A stretch of DNA of 63,077 nucleotides, filler included, from an uncultured Methanosarcinales archaeon (GCA_964519225.1; 18 parts of 18 records of this genome joined end to end with filler, not necessarily neighbours in it), one strand, 5' to 3'; numbered from the whole stretch's first letter, positions 31,208 to 42,137 are shown. Notes: generated by a model from the letters alone, not told the origin. Translations and numbers: made by a program.

Positions 31208-31686
31208 TAATTTAATTTAGTTAATTCTTCCATTTGTTTTTTTGCTTTCTTAGCTTCTTTCCAGGAGTTTACCGTTTCTTTGATAAATTCAAAACCCAAT
31301 CTTGCAGTAAAGTATGCTATTGCCAAGAATAGAATCCATGAAAATGCGTTATCTACTATTTTTAGCGTGTGGGCTAAAAACATATAGGGTGTCAGAATCA
31401 GAAAGAATAGTGAAGTGTTTAAGAGCATCTTTCTGAAAAAGAGCGGCCAATATTTTTCTGATGCCATCCTTTGAAAACCTTCGTACGCTTCCTTGTCTTT
31501 CATGGCAATTGCAAGCATAGAGTAAACGTAGTATTCATTCAATTCATTTTCAATCTTTTCTATTTCTTCATTGTAACTCTTAAAAATTCTCGACGATAGT
31601 ATTTTCTCTTCAACTTTTTCAGCAATTAGAATAATAAAAAATGTTATAATAAAGAAGATTGTATAATTTATGTTCATTTCTAGCAT
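31204..31686 (-). CDS. DUF106/EMC3-like three-TM membrane protein
   Basis: TM - coiled coil - TM - TM topology. Confidence 0.55.
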   Translation of the reverse strand: MLEMNINYTIFFIITFFIILIAEKVEEKILSSRIFKSYNEEIEKIENELNEYYVYSMLAIAMKDKEAYEGFQRMASEKYWPLFFRKMLLNTSLFFLILTPYMFLAHTLKIVDNAFSWILFLAIAYFTARLGFEFIKETVNSWKEAKKAKKQMEELTKLNY

Positions 31687-31703
31687 GTTTTTACCTTACA
31701 GTA

Positions 31704-32723
31704 TTAGGGCGGTAGCTTAATTCCGAAGAACCCAGCTAGTATGTATCTCAAACCCACATAGAATGCCAATGAACCAAAGATTACGAATAATGTATCCATT
31801 GGCAAGTATTTCTGTGTTCTTGGACCAATGTATGAACCTATGAGAATACCAACCCAGCCGATTATTATTGCTATTGGGAATACTAGACCTCTAGCAAACC
31901 ATCCAGCTAGTGCTGAACACTGGTTCAAGAAAACAGTTAAAGCTGAGACTGCTGGTGTGATATACATAGGCCAACCGATAGCTGTGAAGAACGGAACTAT
32001 TAGGAATCCCCCACCAACGCCAATTAATACTGTGATAAATCCAATTATCAACCCATAGAAGAATGGTAGATAATTTTTAGCAACGAAATGCTCACCAAAG
32101 AAGTCGAATTCGACTTGAGACAAAGAGTATTTGACGTTTGTAATTCCTTCAAGCTCCTTAAGTTTTCCAGCCTTTTTAAGCTCTTCAACCCTTTGTTGGA
32201 ATCTCTTTGCGGCCTCTCTTCCTTTTGACTTTGAAGCTTTTGCCCTTGGTGTCACTTGATAGAACATGTAGAATGAAACGGCCCATGTACACAACCCGAA
32301 AAGACCTTTGTACAAAGCAACGCCCAATTTACCTCCAGTTCCCCAAACTGCAGCTTGTGCACCGAATACCATTCCCAAACCCATGGCTATTGCAGCTGGC
32401 CAAACAAGTCTCTTTTGCGTATACCAGTTTATTGTGCTTGACAAAGAGTTTAGCCAAGTAATTGCCGTATTTGAAAATCTTATATGATCTGTAAGGTATT
32501 TACCAGCATCGTTGTACATCCCGATGTTTATCGCTTTCCCCTTCAATTTTTTAGCCCATGCACCAATGCCTAAGATTGATATGTGTCCTACGCCTGCCAT
32601 TATTCCTCCAAAGGCGCCTACAGTTGAGAAAATCCATCCAACCCAAATACACCATAGCAAATACACAAGCGCATTAATTTTTATTGTCTCTCCAGCAATT
32701 TCCATCCATGTAACGTCTAACAT
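31704..32723 (-). CDS. TauE/SafE family sulfite exporter
   Basis: GAFGGIMAG and IGVGGGFLIVP motifs; multi-TM. Confidence 0.88.
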   Translation of the reverse strand: MLDVTWMEIAGETIKINALVYLLWCIWVGWIFSTVGAFGGIMAGVGHISILGIGAWAKKLKGKAINIGMYNDAGKYLTDHIRFSNTAITWLNSLSSTINWYTQKRLVWPAAIAMGLGMVFGAQAAVWGTGGKLGVALYKGLFGLCTWAVSFYMFYQVTPRAKASKSKGREAAKRFQQRVEELKKAGKLKELEGITNVKYSLSQVEFDFFGEHFVAKNYLPFFYGLIIGFITVLIGVGGGFLIVPFFTAIGWPMYITPAVSALTVFLNQCSALAGWFARGLVFPIAIIIGWVGILIGSYIGPRTQKYLPMDTLFVIFGSLAFYVGLRYILAGFFGIKLPP

Positions 32724-32845
32724 ACGCTCACCTCTGCTCAGCTCGTAAAAATGAATTTAAAAACGGTTTGCGGTTCTGAAAAGTTTAGGCAGAACCTAAT
32801 AATCATTTAAAAAATTTGCTTAGCTAAGCACTAATCGGTGGTAAC

Positions 32846-32991
32846 ATGCGTGAAATGAAATTTGAGGAAATCGAGATCCTAAATAGAAGTAGGGCTGAGA
32901 TATATAAGTTTTTATCCACTGTTTTAAGAGATGAAATTCAAAAAGAGCTTTTGAAATCTTTTAAAAAATCTGAATTCTTAGAAGGATTGCA
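32846..32991 (+). CDS. TorD/DmsD family molybdoenzyme chaperone (N-terminal fragment)
   Basis: RAEIYKFLSTVLRDEI. Confidence 0.6.
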
Positions 32992-33091
32992 NNNNNNNNN
33001 NNNNNNNNNNNNNNNNNNNNNNNNNNNNNNNNNNNTTAATTAATTAANNNNNNNNNNNNNNNNNNNNNNNNNNNNNNNNNNNNNNNNNNNN

Positions 33092-34000
33092 AAAGAACTC
33101 GATCAAATTGAGAATTTAGCTGATGTTGTAGAAGAGATAGCCGTATACGCAAGAATAGATCCAAGGCACAAAGTTAAGATTCTTGAAGCTCTAAAGATGA
33201 AAGGACATATCGTTGCAATGACCGGTGACGGTGTAAATGATGCGCCTGCGCTGAAAAAAGCTGATATAGGCATTGCTATGGGTATAACAGGAACTGATGT
33301 TGCAAAAGAGGCAAGCGACATGATTTTACTTGATGATAATTTCGCTTCGATAGTTAAGGCTGTTGAAGAAGGAAGAGTTATCTATGGAAATATTAGAAAG
33401 TTTGTTATGTACCTGCTCAGCTCAAATCTTGGAGAAATATTAACATTATTTTTTGCCCTGCTGTTTGGCATGCCTTTGCCTGTTGTTGCATTGCAAATAC
33501 TGTGGATTAACTTAGTTACCGATGGCTTACCGGCTCTCGCATTGAGCGTTGATCCGGGCGATCCCAAGATTATGAAAAGGCCGCCAAGAGACCCAAAAGA
33601 AAACATCATCATGAAAAAACATGTTTTATTCATGATTATAGTTGGATTAACGATGATGGCTGGAACATTGTTTGCATTTAAGCTGTACGCTGACAAGAGC
33701 ATAGATTATGCAAGAACTATGGCTTTCAATGTGCTTGTTGTGTTTCAAATGTTTAATGTTTTGAATTGCAGGAGCGATAAAGAGAGTGTTTTCAGAATAG
33801 GCGTTTTCAGGAACAGATATCTGGTTTTGGCAATAGCCTTCTCTATCTTTATACAGTTTGTGCTTATTTATACGCCGCTTGCTGGATTTTTCAAAGCCGT
33901 GGCTATAAGCCCTAAAGACTGGATTTGTGTGTTTTTGATTTCAGCAAGCGTTTTATTTGTTGGTGAAATCGTAAAAGGATTGATGCGAAAATGGAAATGA
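33092..34000 (+). CDS. Cation-transporting P-type ATPase (type IIA-like), C-terminal part
   Basis: VYARIDP, MTGDGVNDAPALK, QILWINLVTDGLPALAL. Confidence 0.95.
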   Translation, partial: KELDQIENLADVVEEIAVYARIDPRHKVKILEALKMKGHIVAMTGDGVNDAPALKKADIGIAMGITGTDVAKEASDMILLDDNFASIVKAVEEGRVIYGNIRKFVMYLLSSNLGEILTLFFALLFGMPLPVVALQILWINLVTDGLPALALSVDPGDPKIMKRPPRDPKENIIMKKHVLFMIIVGLTMMAGTLFAFKLYADKSIDYARTMAFNVLVVFQMFNVLNCRSDKESVFRIGVFRNRYLVLAIAFSIFIQFVLIYTPLAGFFKAVAISPKDWICVFLISASVLFVGEIVKGLMRKWK

Positions 34001-34968
34001 TGCTGTTGTCTTTTGCATTGAAGCACCCGATTGTCTTTTTGCTTTTCATTATCGGAGCGAGTTTTGTTATACTCTTAAAAGCAGCTGATTATTTGGTTTC
34101 AGCAGTAACAAATTATGCTAAAAAACTCGGGATATCTGACTATTTAATTGGTGTAATCATCATTGCACTTGGAGCAAGTCTTCCAGAATTAATAAGTTCG
34201 TTGATGGGTGTGGTTGCAAATGAAAGTGGAATCATCTTCGGAACGATCATCGGAAGCAATATATGCGGTTTAACACTTGTTCTAGGAACACTTGCTATAG
34301 TCGGAAAAAAGATTCCGATAAAAGTGAGAGTCCTTAAGAAAACAGGAATGATTATTTTTGCCTTGAGTATGCTCCCTTTTATTTTTGCTCTGAACGGGAT
34401 AATAGGAAAAATCGAAGGAAGCATATTGGTGCTCTGCTGGGTTGCATATAATTTATTTCTCTGGAAAAAAGAGGGCGAGCTTGGAAAAATAAAACATAAA
34501 GTAGCATTTAAGAAGATATGGCGTGATGGATTGATTGCGATAGTTGCTTTGCTTGCGATTATCTTATCAGGAAGGTGGTTGGTCTTTTCCTCAGTTAAGT
34601 TAAGCGAGTTATTAATGATATCTCCTTATGTGCTTGCTGTTACTGTTCTTGGTCTCGGAACGCAGATTCCTGATTTAGCGGTTAGCTTAAGAGGACTTAA
34701 GAAAGGACATCAGGATATTGCGTTTGCAGATATCTTAGGAAGCCTTGTGACGAAAAGTTTGCTTTTCTTAGGTATATTCTCATTGCTGATACCGCTTCGA
34801 ATAAATTTTTTTGAATTGATCGGCGGGTTTATATTTACGGGTGCTGCATTGGGTTATGCGCTTCTTTGCACAAGGAAAGGCATAATAAGAGACTTGAACG
34901 GATTGTTATTAATAGTACTTTACCTAGGATTTTTTGGATACGTCTTGGTAATAAGCGGATTGATTTAA
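33991..34968 (+). CDS. Sodium:calcium antiporter (CaCA/YrbG)
   Basis: ALGASLPEL..GTIIGSN and GLGTQIPDL..DILGS alpha repeats. Confidence 0.9.
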   Translation: MEMMLLSFALKHPIVFLLFIIGASFVILLKAADYLVSAVTNYAKKLGISDYLIGVIIIALGASLPELISSLMGVVANESGIIFGTIIGSNICGLTLVLGTLAIVGKKIPIKVRVLKKTGMIIFALSMLPFIFALNGIIGKIEGSILVLCWVAYNLFLWKKEGELGKIKHKVAFKKIWRDGLIAIVALLAIILSGRWLVFSSVKLSELLMISPYVLAVTVLGLGTQIPDLAVSLRGLKKGHQDIAFADILGSLVTKSLLFLGIFSLLIPLRINFFELIGGFIFTGAALGYALLCTRKGIIRDLNGLLLIVLYLGFFGYVLVISGLI

Positions 34969-34977
34969 TATCTTAAA

Positions 34978-36617
34978 ATGAGAGAGGATTTTTATACGGA
35001 AATAATTAGATTGTTAAAGGAGGGAAAAATTTCTGTTAAAGAATTAAACAAGAAAAAGATCGAGCTTAGCAAGAAATATAAGCTTAAGAGAATACCGACG
35101 AATATTGAAATATTGCTTCATGCAAAACCTGAAGATGTTGAGAAATTAAGACTGTTTACAAAGCCAACGCGAACTATAAGCGGAGTTGCAGTAATAGCGG
35201 TTATGGCTTATCCTTTTGCATGCAAGCACGGAAAATGCTTAATGTGTCCTGGTGGACCGGCAAGCATTTTTGGAGATGTTCCGCAAAGCTATACTGGAAG
35301 AGAACCAGCTACTTTGAGAGCAATAAGAAATAAATTCGATCCTTATATGCAGATATTTAACAGACTTGAGCATTATGTTGTTATGGGACACAGCCCAGAG
35401 AAAGTTGAATTGATTGTAATGGGCGGAACTTTTCCAAGCTTTGATTGGAGATATCAAAAGAAGTTTATTGCTTTCTGCTATAAAGCGATGAATGATTTTT
35501 CTTTGTTATTTTTTAAGAAGGACAAATTTGATTTTATTCGTTTCAAAGAATTTTTCTTGCTTCCTGGAAATGTAGGCGACAAAGAAAGGGTTATGAAAAT
35601 AAGCGCAAAGGTAAGAAGATTGAAGAGCAAATCTGATTTGCTTAAAGAGCAGATCAAGAATGAGCGATCGAAAATAAGATGTGTTGGTTTAACTATCGAA
35701 ACAAGACCTGATTTTGCCAAGCTAAAACACGCTAATAGGATGCTTCTGCTTGGCTGTACAAGAGTTGAACTTGGAATACAGAGCGTTTATGAAAAAGCAT
35801 TAAAAGCGATAAAAAGAGGACATTCGGTGAAAGATAGCATTAAAGCGATGAGGATTTTAAAGGATTTGGGATTCAAAATAAATGCCCATTATATGATCGG
35901 ACTTCCTTCTGTTTCTGCAGAAGAAGACATAGCTGGTTTGAAAGAACTTTTTTCCAATCCTGATTTTAGACCGGATATGCTAAAGATATATCCATGTTTA
36001 GTTGTGGAAGGAACAGAACTTTATCAGCTTTGGAAAAAGGGAAAATATAAGCCATTAAGCATTGAAGATGCTGTAAAAATAATCATTGAATTTAAGCGCG
36101 TTGTTCCTGAGTATGTTAGAATAATGAGGGTTCAGCGAGATATACCAGATTTTATGATAAGTGCCGGTCCGAAGCTCACAAACCTGAGGCAGAATATTCA
36201 GGAAAAAATGAAAAAGCTTGGATTAAAATGTAGATGTATCAGATGTAGGGAAATCGGAAGAAGCGGATTGAAAAAGCTCGGAAAATTAGATTATAAAATA
36301 TTAAGCTATGAAGCAAGCAAAGGATATGAGTTCTTTATATCTGCCGAATACAAGGATTGGATTGTTGGTTTCTGCAGAATGAGGTTTCCATCGCAATGTT
36401 TGAGAAAAGAGATTACAGAAAGAAGTGCTTTGATAAGAGAGCTTCATGTTTATGGCACTGCTATGCCGATAGGAAAGACAGCAGGTTCTGATAGGCTTGC
36501 AGTTCAGGTTCAGCATAAGGGAGTTGGAAAAAGATTAATGAGTATTGCTGAACAGCTTGCAAAAGAAAATGGAAAAAATAAGATGGTTGTAATAAGCGGA
36601 GTGGGCGTGAGGGAATA
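34978..36617 (+). CDS. elp3: Elp3 tRNA uridine(34) acetyltransferase (radical SAM + KAT), 3' partial
   Basis: RTISGVA, CKHGKCLMCPGG, IETRPD, RELHVYG, QHKGVG. Confidence 0.96.
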
Positions 36618-36717
36618 NNNNNNNNNNNNNNNNNNNNNNNNNNNNNNNNNNNNNNNNNNNNTTAATTAATTAANNNNNNNNNNNNNNNNNNNNNNNNNNN
36701 NNNNNNNNNNNNNNNNN

Positions 36718-37353
36718 TGTAAGTTGTTCATGTGGTATTATAATCATTTGAGGTGGTTATGTTAACATGTCCCTGAAATTAAATATAAACCAAAAATTTT
36801 CCCAGTTGAAGAACGTTTAAAAGAGAGAGGAGAAAATACTTTAGACATTTTAGCTCAAATACAAATGAAAGAGAGGAAACTGCCAGAAAGCATCGAATAC
36901 TTCGCAGAAAATTACTTTAACAGTAAACTATACTTCAAAGGTATCGCACCTAGCAGGATGAACCTTTATCTTTATGATCTCAACCGAAAAAAGGAATACT
37001 CCAAAGAGCATTTACCCGAGGGATTGCTAAAAGGTCTTGTAATCTTAACAGCTTTAGAACAAAATCCAAGCATTCTACTAATAGATGAAATTGAGAACTC
37101 ATTGCATCCTGAATTGTTAGAGTTTATCCTAACTACACTTAAGGAAGATTGTGATGGCTGCGTCTTTGTAACAACACATTCACCAATTGTGTTAAACTTA
37201 GTTGAACCTGAAGAGATTTTTATATTCAAACCAACCGACGACGGTGTTGAAATTAAAAATCTGACAGAATACAAGAGCAAAGAGGAGATTATAAAAGAGC
37301 TTGAGGAGTTAGGAGTAACTCTAGGAGAGAAAGTCCTATATGGATTGACATGA
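36718..37353 (+). CDS. ABC/AAA_21-type ATPase, C-terminal part
   Basis: LLIDEIENSLHP Walker B/D-loop; TTHSP. Confidence 0.88.
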
Positions 37354-37855
37354 ATGTTGCAATCTTTACAGAAGACAGGTATGGACTCGGATTTGTCAAA
37401 GCGATTGTAAATAGGTTGCTGAAAAACGTGTTCGAAAAGTCGAATTTGTAAAAATATATACTCCATCTTTAATCAAGAAGTGTCACAACGTTAGAAAGGT
37501 TAAATCTGTCATTAGGGAAGTTGATAGAGTATTGATAATAATCGACAAAGAAGATACATACAATTACGACGAAAATAAAGATGTCTGGCGGCATCTAGGT
37601 GGGCTGAAAAACGAAGACAAGAGTAAAATTGTAGTAATAGCTACAGAGCCGGAAATGGAAGAATGGATTTGCATTTCATTAGACTTAAATTTTGATAATA
37701 CTGGTTATGATAAGAAAAGAAAGCCTAGTGAAGTGTTAAAGAAGGAAATAAATTATGAAAAGAGCAATCTTCACAAGTACGTTGAAAAGTTGGATTTTGA
37801 AAAATTAATGAAAAAGTCTAAAAGTTTCATAGAGTTTTGCAAATCTTTATCTTGA
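37350..37855 (+). pseudogene. TOPRIM/DUF4276-like partner of the ATPase, frameshifted near 37430
   Basis: ATGA overlap gives MNVAIFTEDRYG...*, continuing in another frame as RKVEFVKIYTP...IIIDKED...PEMEEWI. Confidence 0.65.
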
Positions 37856-37950
37856 TTTTTGATAAAGTTCTTTGACCTAATTAAAAATTAGCCAAAATAA
37901 AAAACAGAATTTCAAGCAGTAAGTTTAATTAGGCATAAACCAATATTACT

Positions 37951-38168
37951 ATGCCCCAAGCGGGGAGTGGGTGGAGTGTGCAATGCATACGATGAAGCCT
38001 TCCGCAAGCTTGGGGATACACCATGTCGCATGGTCCCTAGGGGAGGGAGTGTTCGCTTTCAATGAACCCAGGGCAACCCCGACATGGAACATTCAGTATT
38101 CCCAGCAGGGTCAGCCGCTGGAGTGTGCAATGCATGCGATGAAGTGCGGTGTTAGCTGCTGGGGTATA
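37951..38168 (+). ncRNA. Archaeal three-hairpin box H/ACA pseudouridylation guide RNA
   Basis: GC-rich island with stems CCCCAAGC/GCTTGGGG-ATACA, CCATGTCG/CGACATGG-AACA, CCCAGCAG/CTGCTGGG-GTATA; apical GGA...GATGA/AATGA K-turn/K-loop motifs; TTTAATTA box about 25 nt upstream. Confidence 0.85.
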
Positions 38169-39351
38169 TTTTTGCAAGTTCAATAGCTATCTTAGCTAAT
38201 GCTTTTGATTTCCAATAGCTCACAACAATTTTGTCAGTGATGCTTAAAGCTTCGTCAAATTCCTTAATCTCCGCAAGTTTGGAAGTGATATAAAACAAAG
38301 CCTCAGACATATAAACTTCATCTGTAATGCTTGATGATAGCTCAATCGCTCTTTTGATATCTAGTTCAACGATGTCAATTATTATGTTCGTTAAGATCTT
38401 TGATTTCTCAAAACCATCTAGCACATTCAATTTCTCTACAACTTCGTCTAAAGCCCTATAATTTTTTGTACTTTTTGCCATTTCAACGGCAATTTTTGAC
38501 AGAGTTTCAAGTAGTATTTGTAAGTCTTTAATCTCCTCTGCAACGCTTAGAGCATCCTTAAACAAATCTTTGTTTGTAATGTTGGCTATCTTAGCCAAAG
38601 CCTCGGCTTTGAACGATTTACTCTTTATTTTATCAACTATCTCTAACGCTTTGTCCAGCTTTCCAATTTCTGCAAATTTTAATGATGTTGTTAGCAAATC
38701 CATGTCGTTCTTCTCATAGTCTAGGCCTTCTTTTAAAGTTCTTTCAAAGTCCAATTTAGCTTTGGCCATTTCAAAAGCGATTTTCAAGAGTGTTCTAGAT
38801 TTAATAGCAATATCCTCGATGCTGTTTGCAACGTTTAAAGATTCTTTAAAAAGTTTATCTCGATTTTCTAAATCAAAGAAACCAATTTTTGCAAGAGTCT
38901 CTGCCTTCCAGCTTTTTTCTCTAATATTTTTTGCAATAGCTATTGATTTGTCGAATTCATTAACTATTGCAAGTTTTATTGCCAGATTTGACAACGCCCT
39001 TTGAGATCGATATCTTAATTTTTTAGCTATCTCCAACGCTTTATCGAATTCACAAGCATCACAAAGATGGAAAGTTATGGTTTCCAAAGCCTCTAAGCGA
39101 AATCTTTCTTCAACAATGTTATTTGCAAAATCTATAGCTTCATCAAACCTTTTAGCTTTAGCCATAACGACTGATATTTTTGATAAGGTTTCAGAATAAT
39201 GAAGCAAATCCATCTTTTCAGCTATTTTCAAAGCTTCCCTTAAAATTTCATCATCACGATAGATGCATGCCAATTCTGCTAAGGCGGTAGATTTTATGAT
39301 CTCATTTTCAATCGATCTGGCTAACTTTAAAGCAAAATCTTGATTTGACAT
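38152..39351 (-). CDS. TPR-like helical repeat protein
   Basis: Repeated A(L/I)xIAxxI...KSxALxKIA units. Confidence 0.8.
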   Translation of the reverse strand: MSNQDFALKLARSIENEIIKSTALAELACIYRDDEILREALKIAEKMDLLHYSETLSKISVVMAKAKRFDEAIDFANNIVEERFRLEALETITFHLCDACEFDKALEIAKKLRYRSQRALSNLAIKLAIVNEFDKSIAIAKNIREKSWKAETLAKIGFFDLENRDKLFKESLNVANSIEDIAIKSRTLLKIAFEMAKAKLDFERTLKEGLDYEKNDMDLLTTSLKFAEIGKLDKALEIVDKIKSKSFKAEALAKIANITNKDLFKDALSVAEEIKDLQILLETLSKIAVEMAKSTKNYRALDEVVEKLNVLDGFEKSKILTNIIIDIVELDIKRAIELSSSITDEVYMSEALFYITSKLAEIKEFDEALSITDKIVVSYWKSKALAKIAIELAKIYPSS

Positions 39352-39389
39352 GTGAGAATGTAGTTATTAATCCATAAATAAATTGTGAA

Positions 39390-40018
39390 TCACCTTTTTA
39401 AAAATTGGTAGAGCAAAACTGTAAAAAATGCCATAAAAGCTGAGAAGATAAAAACTGTATTGATTGAATGGGCAGCAAATAATGCGGCAATTATTGGGCC
39501 AGCAGTTTGTCCAATTCTAACCATTGATCCGTAGACAGCCATAACAACAGCTCTGTTTTCTGTAGGTGCAGCGGAAACGACTAAATTTTGAAGTGCTGGT
39601 AAAATTGTACCGTGTCCCAAGCCAAATAAAATTGTTATTAAGGAAAAAAGCCAGATTGAAGGCATTATCGGTGTTAAAATCATTGATGTTGCATAAAACA
39701 AAAAACCAAGTTTTATTGTTTTGCCTTCACCAAACTTCTTTAAAAAGTAATCTATCTTAGATGCTGCTATAGCAGTTACAACGGACATTGAAGATTGAAT
39801 AACACCTATGGTTGCGGAATTCGCTTTAAACTTCAAATTTAGCAAAAATGGTAAATAGGTTATAAAAGCTCCGTAAAAAATTATGAAAACAACTATGCCA
39901 GAAAAAAAGCCTAAAATGAGCTTTGGATTCTTCAATAAAATCAAGCTTTTCTTTGCATAACTTTCAAATTCAACTTGTTTGATCTCGACATTCGGAATTC
40001 TTAATGTTGCAATTCCAA
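39390..40018 (-). CDS. MFS transporter, C-terminal half
   Basis: GLGHG..PALQNLV..AP.ENRA..MAVYG..RIGQTAGP. Confidence 0.88.
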
Positions 40019-40118
40019 NNNNNNNNNNNNNNNNNNNNNNNNNNNNNNNNNNNNNNNNNNNNTTAATTAATTAANNNNNNNNNNNNNNNNNNNNNNNNNN
40101 NNNNNNNNNNNNNNNNNN

Positions 40119-40629
40119 TCAGGTCGTAGATTTAATGGCTCGTCTTGTAGCACAGCGTCAGGTACAAGAAGAAGCAGAAGAAGAAATCACAGAAGTGGTG
40201 GAAAGAAGTTATTGGCTTACGCCTGTAAAAAGCGATGAAGAGGAGACTGCCGACGAGTGTATTCAACACCTTGTTGGAGAGGAAAAGATCTATGCTTTTG
40301 GAGAACGAACTCCAGGGAGACGGCATATAAAACCCGGAGATTACATTTGTTTTTATTCTGCGGGGAAAGGTGTGGTTGCCCATACCCAAATTGCTTCACA
40401 ACCAGAGCACAAAAAACATCCACGAGTGCGTCATTCTGAGCGATATCCCTGGGTATTCAGTGTAAAAAATGTCCATCTTTACTTAGAAAATCCTGTTGTG
40501 ATAGATGCTGCTTTACGGAGCAAACTGGATGCCTTCAAAAAAAGTGATCCAAATAAAGCATGGGCTTGGTTTGTTCAAGCCACTCGCAAAATAACTGAGC
40601 ATGATTTTAAAATACTCACCAGAGGGTAG
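40119..40629 (+). CDS. Protein with C-terminal EVE/PUA-like domain (5' partial); putative cassette gene
   Basis: YWLTP...IKPGDYICFY..GVVA...ITEHDF; followed by an attC-like site. Confidence 0.7.
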
Positions 40630-40656
40630 CGTGAACAAAATGAAAGTTGCCACTTC

Positions 40657-40744
40657 ATATAACAGAGCGTATCTGGCTTCGTGCCTTCGGCACTTCGCCC
40701 AAATCCTGCTTCGCAGGACTTCAGATACGCTCAAACCGTTAGGC
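40657..40744 (+). other. attC-like recombination site
   Basis: ATATAAC ... GAGCGTATCTG/CAGATACGCTC perfect 11-bp stem, two internal TTCG hairpins ... GTTAGGC. Confidence 0.85.
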
Positions 40745-40775
40745 GACATGGCTATTTAGAAGGAGATGAACGACA

Positions 40776-42137
40776 ATGAATAGGAAGCAAAATCAAAAAC
40801 TAATAAATAATCCACAACAAACATTATTTATGGAACAGACCGCAATTGTGAACATTTATCCACAGGATTCTGTAAGGGAAAAGCTTGAAGCCAAGTTTAA
40901 AAATAAGATGCATGAAGATCTGAGGCTAAGTTCTTCTGTATCTTATGTAGGCAATAAAAAAATTCCTTTCTTAAGGATTTACAGATATAAAGAAGCATTT
41001 GCTTTTAATTTCGTTAAAGACTTTCTTAAGAGATTTGGGGCAGATTCCGATGATTATGTATTTGACCCGTTCTCTGGCTTGGGCACAACTATGTTTACTT
41101 CTATGCTTTCTGGCATCTCATCAATAGGTATCGACAAGTTACCAGTTGCTTATTTCATATCGAAGACTCTTCCCTTATTCTTGTTTTTGAAGGAAAATGA
41201 AATAAAAAAGGTGTGGGAATCTATTAAACCACGCATAAAAACAAGCAAACCTGCAGATGTAGCAATGGATGTTCCTATTATGCAAGTCGCATTTAATGAA
41301 AAAAATCTCATGCTTTTAAGAAAACTAAAATCCACGATTGATAAACTTTCTGAACCTTATAAAGATATTTTCCTTTTGCTCTTCTTTTCAATTCTTGAAG
41401 AATGCAGCTTTACTTCCAAGGATGGTCAGTTTCTAAGGCTCAAACGGAATAAAAAAGTATCCGATCCTATTGAAGCAATGAGTAAGAAGTTGGCACAGGT
41501 AGAAGAGGATATACACCGCATAAAGTTTCTTTATCCCAGCATGTCAATTGATAAAAAAGTTATACCCGACGTCTATCTTGCGGACACACGGGATCTGTCA
41601 AATATAAAATTCAAGCGAAAACCCACAATTATTATTACATCTCCACCTTATGCCAACAGATATGATTATACTAGAACTTACTCTTTAGAGTTGTGTTTTC
41701 ATTTTGTAAAAAATTTTGAAGAACTTAAGGCTATTCGTTTTGGAATTCTGAGATCTCACATAGAGTCAAAAATAAAAAAAGATGAAAAACCACCTCATCC
41801 AGCGGTAGAAGAAGTAATCGATGCTCTTTCAAAAAAGAAATTAAATAATCCTAAAATACCCAATATGATTACTGCTTATTTTGTTGATATGCAGCAAGTC
41901 ATAAAGGAATGGTACAAGGTTTTAGCCCCTGGTGCAAAAGTAGCTATGGTAGTCGATAATGTTAGATTTGAAGGGGAGATGATTCCTGTCGATTTAATTC
42001 TTTCTGAAATGGCTGAAGAAATAGGATTTGAGGTTAAAGAGATTATCACAGCTCGCTATAAAGGAAACAGTTCCCAACAAATGAAAAAATATGGAAAAGT
42101 CCCTGTTAGAGAAAGCATTGTGATATGGGAAAGGTGA
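40776..42137 (+). CDS. Amino (probably N4-cytosine) DNA methyltransferase of a type II R-M system
   Basis: DPFSGLGTT motif I, TSPPY motif IV. Confidence 0.92.
   Translation: MNRKQNQKLINNPQQTLFMEQTAIVNIYPQDSVREKLEAKFKNKMHEDLRLSSSVSYVGNKKIPFLRIYRYKEAFAFNFVKDFLKRFGADSDDYVFDPFSGLGTTMFTSMLSGISSIGIDKLPVAYFISKTLPLFLFLKENEIKKVWESIKPRIKTSKPADVAMDVPIMQVAFNEKNLMLLRKLKSTIDKLSEPYKDIFLLLFFSILEECSFTSKDGQFLRLKRNKKVSDPIEAMSKKLAQVEEDIHRIKFLYPSMSIDKKVIPDVYLADTRDLSNIKFKRKPTIIITSPPYANRYDYTRTYSLELCFHFVKNFEELKAIRFGILRSHIESKIKKDEKPPHPAVEEVIDALSKKKLNNPKIPNMITAYFVDMQQVIKEWYKVLAPGAKVAMVVDNVRFEGEMIPVDLILSEMAEEIGFEVKEIITARYKGNSSQQMKKYGKVPVRESIVIWER

Noticed and set aside
37971..38186. 71-aa ORF
   Set aside because: It coincides with the structured H/ACA RNA; its peptide repeat merely reflects the duplicated hairpin.
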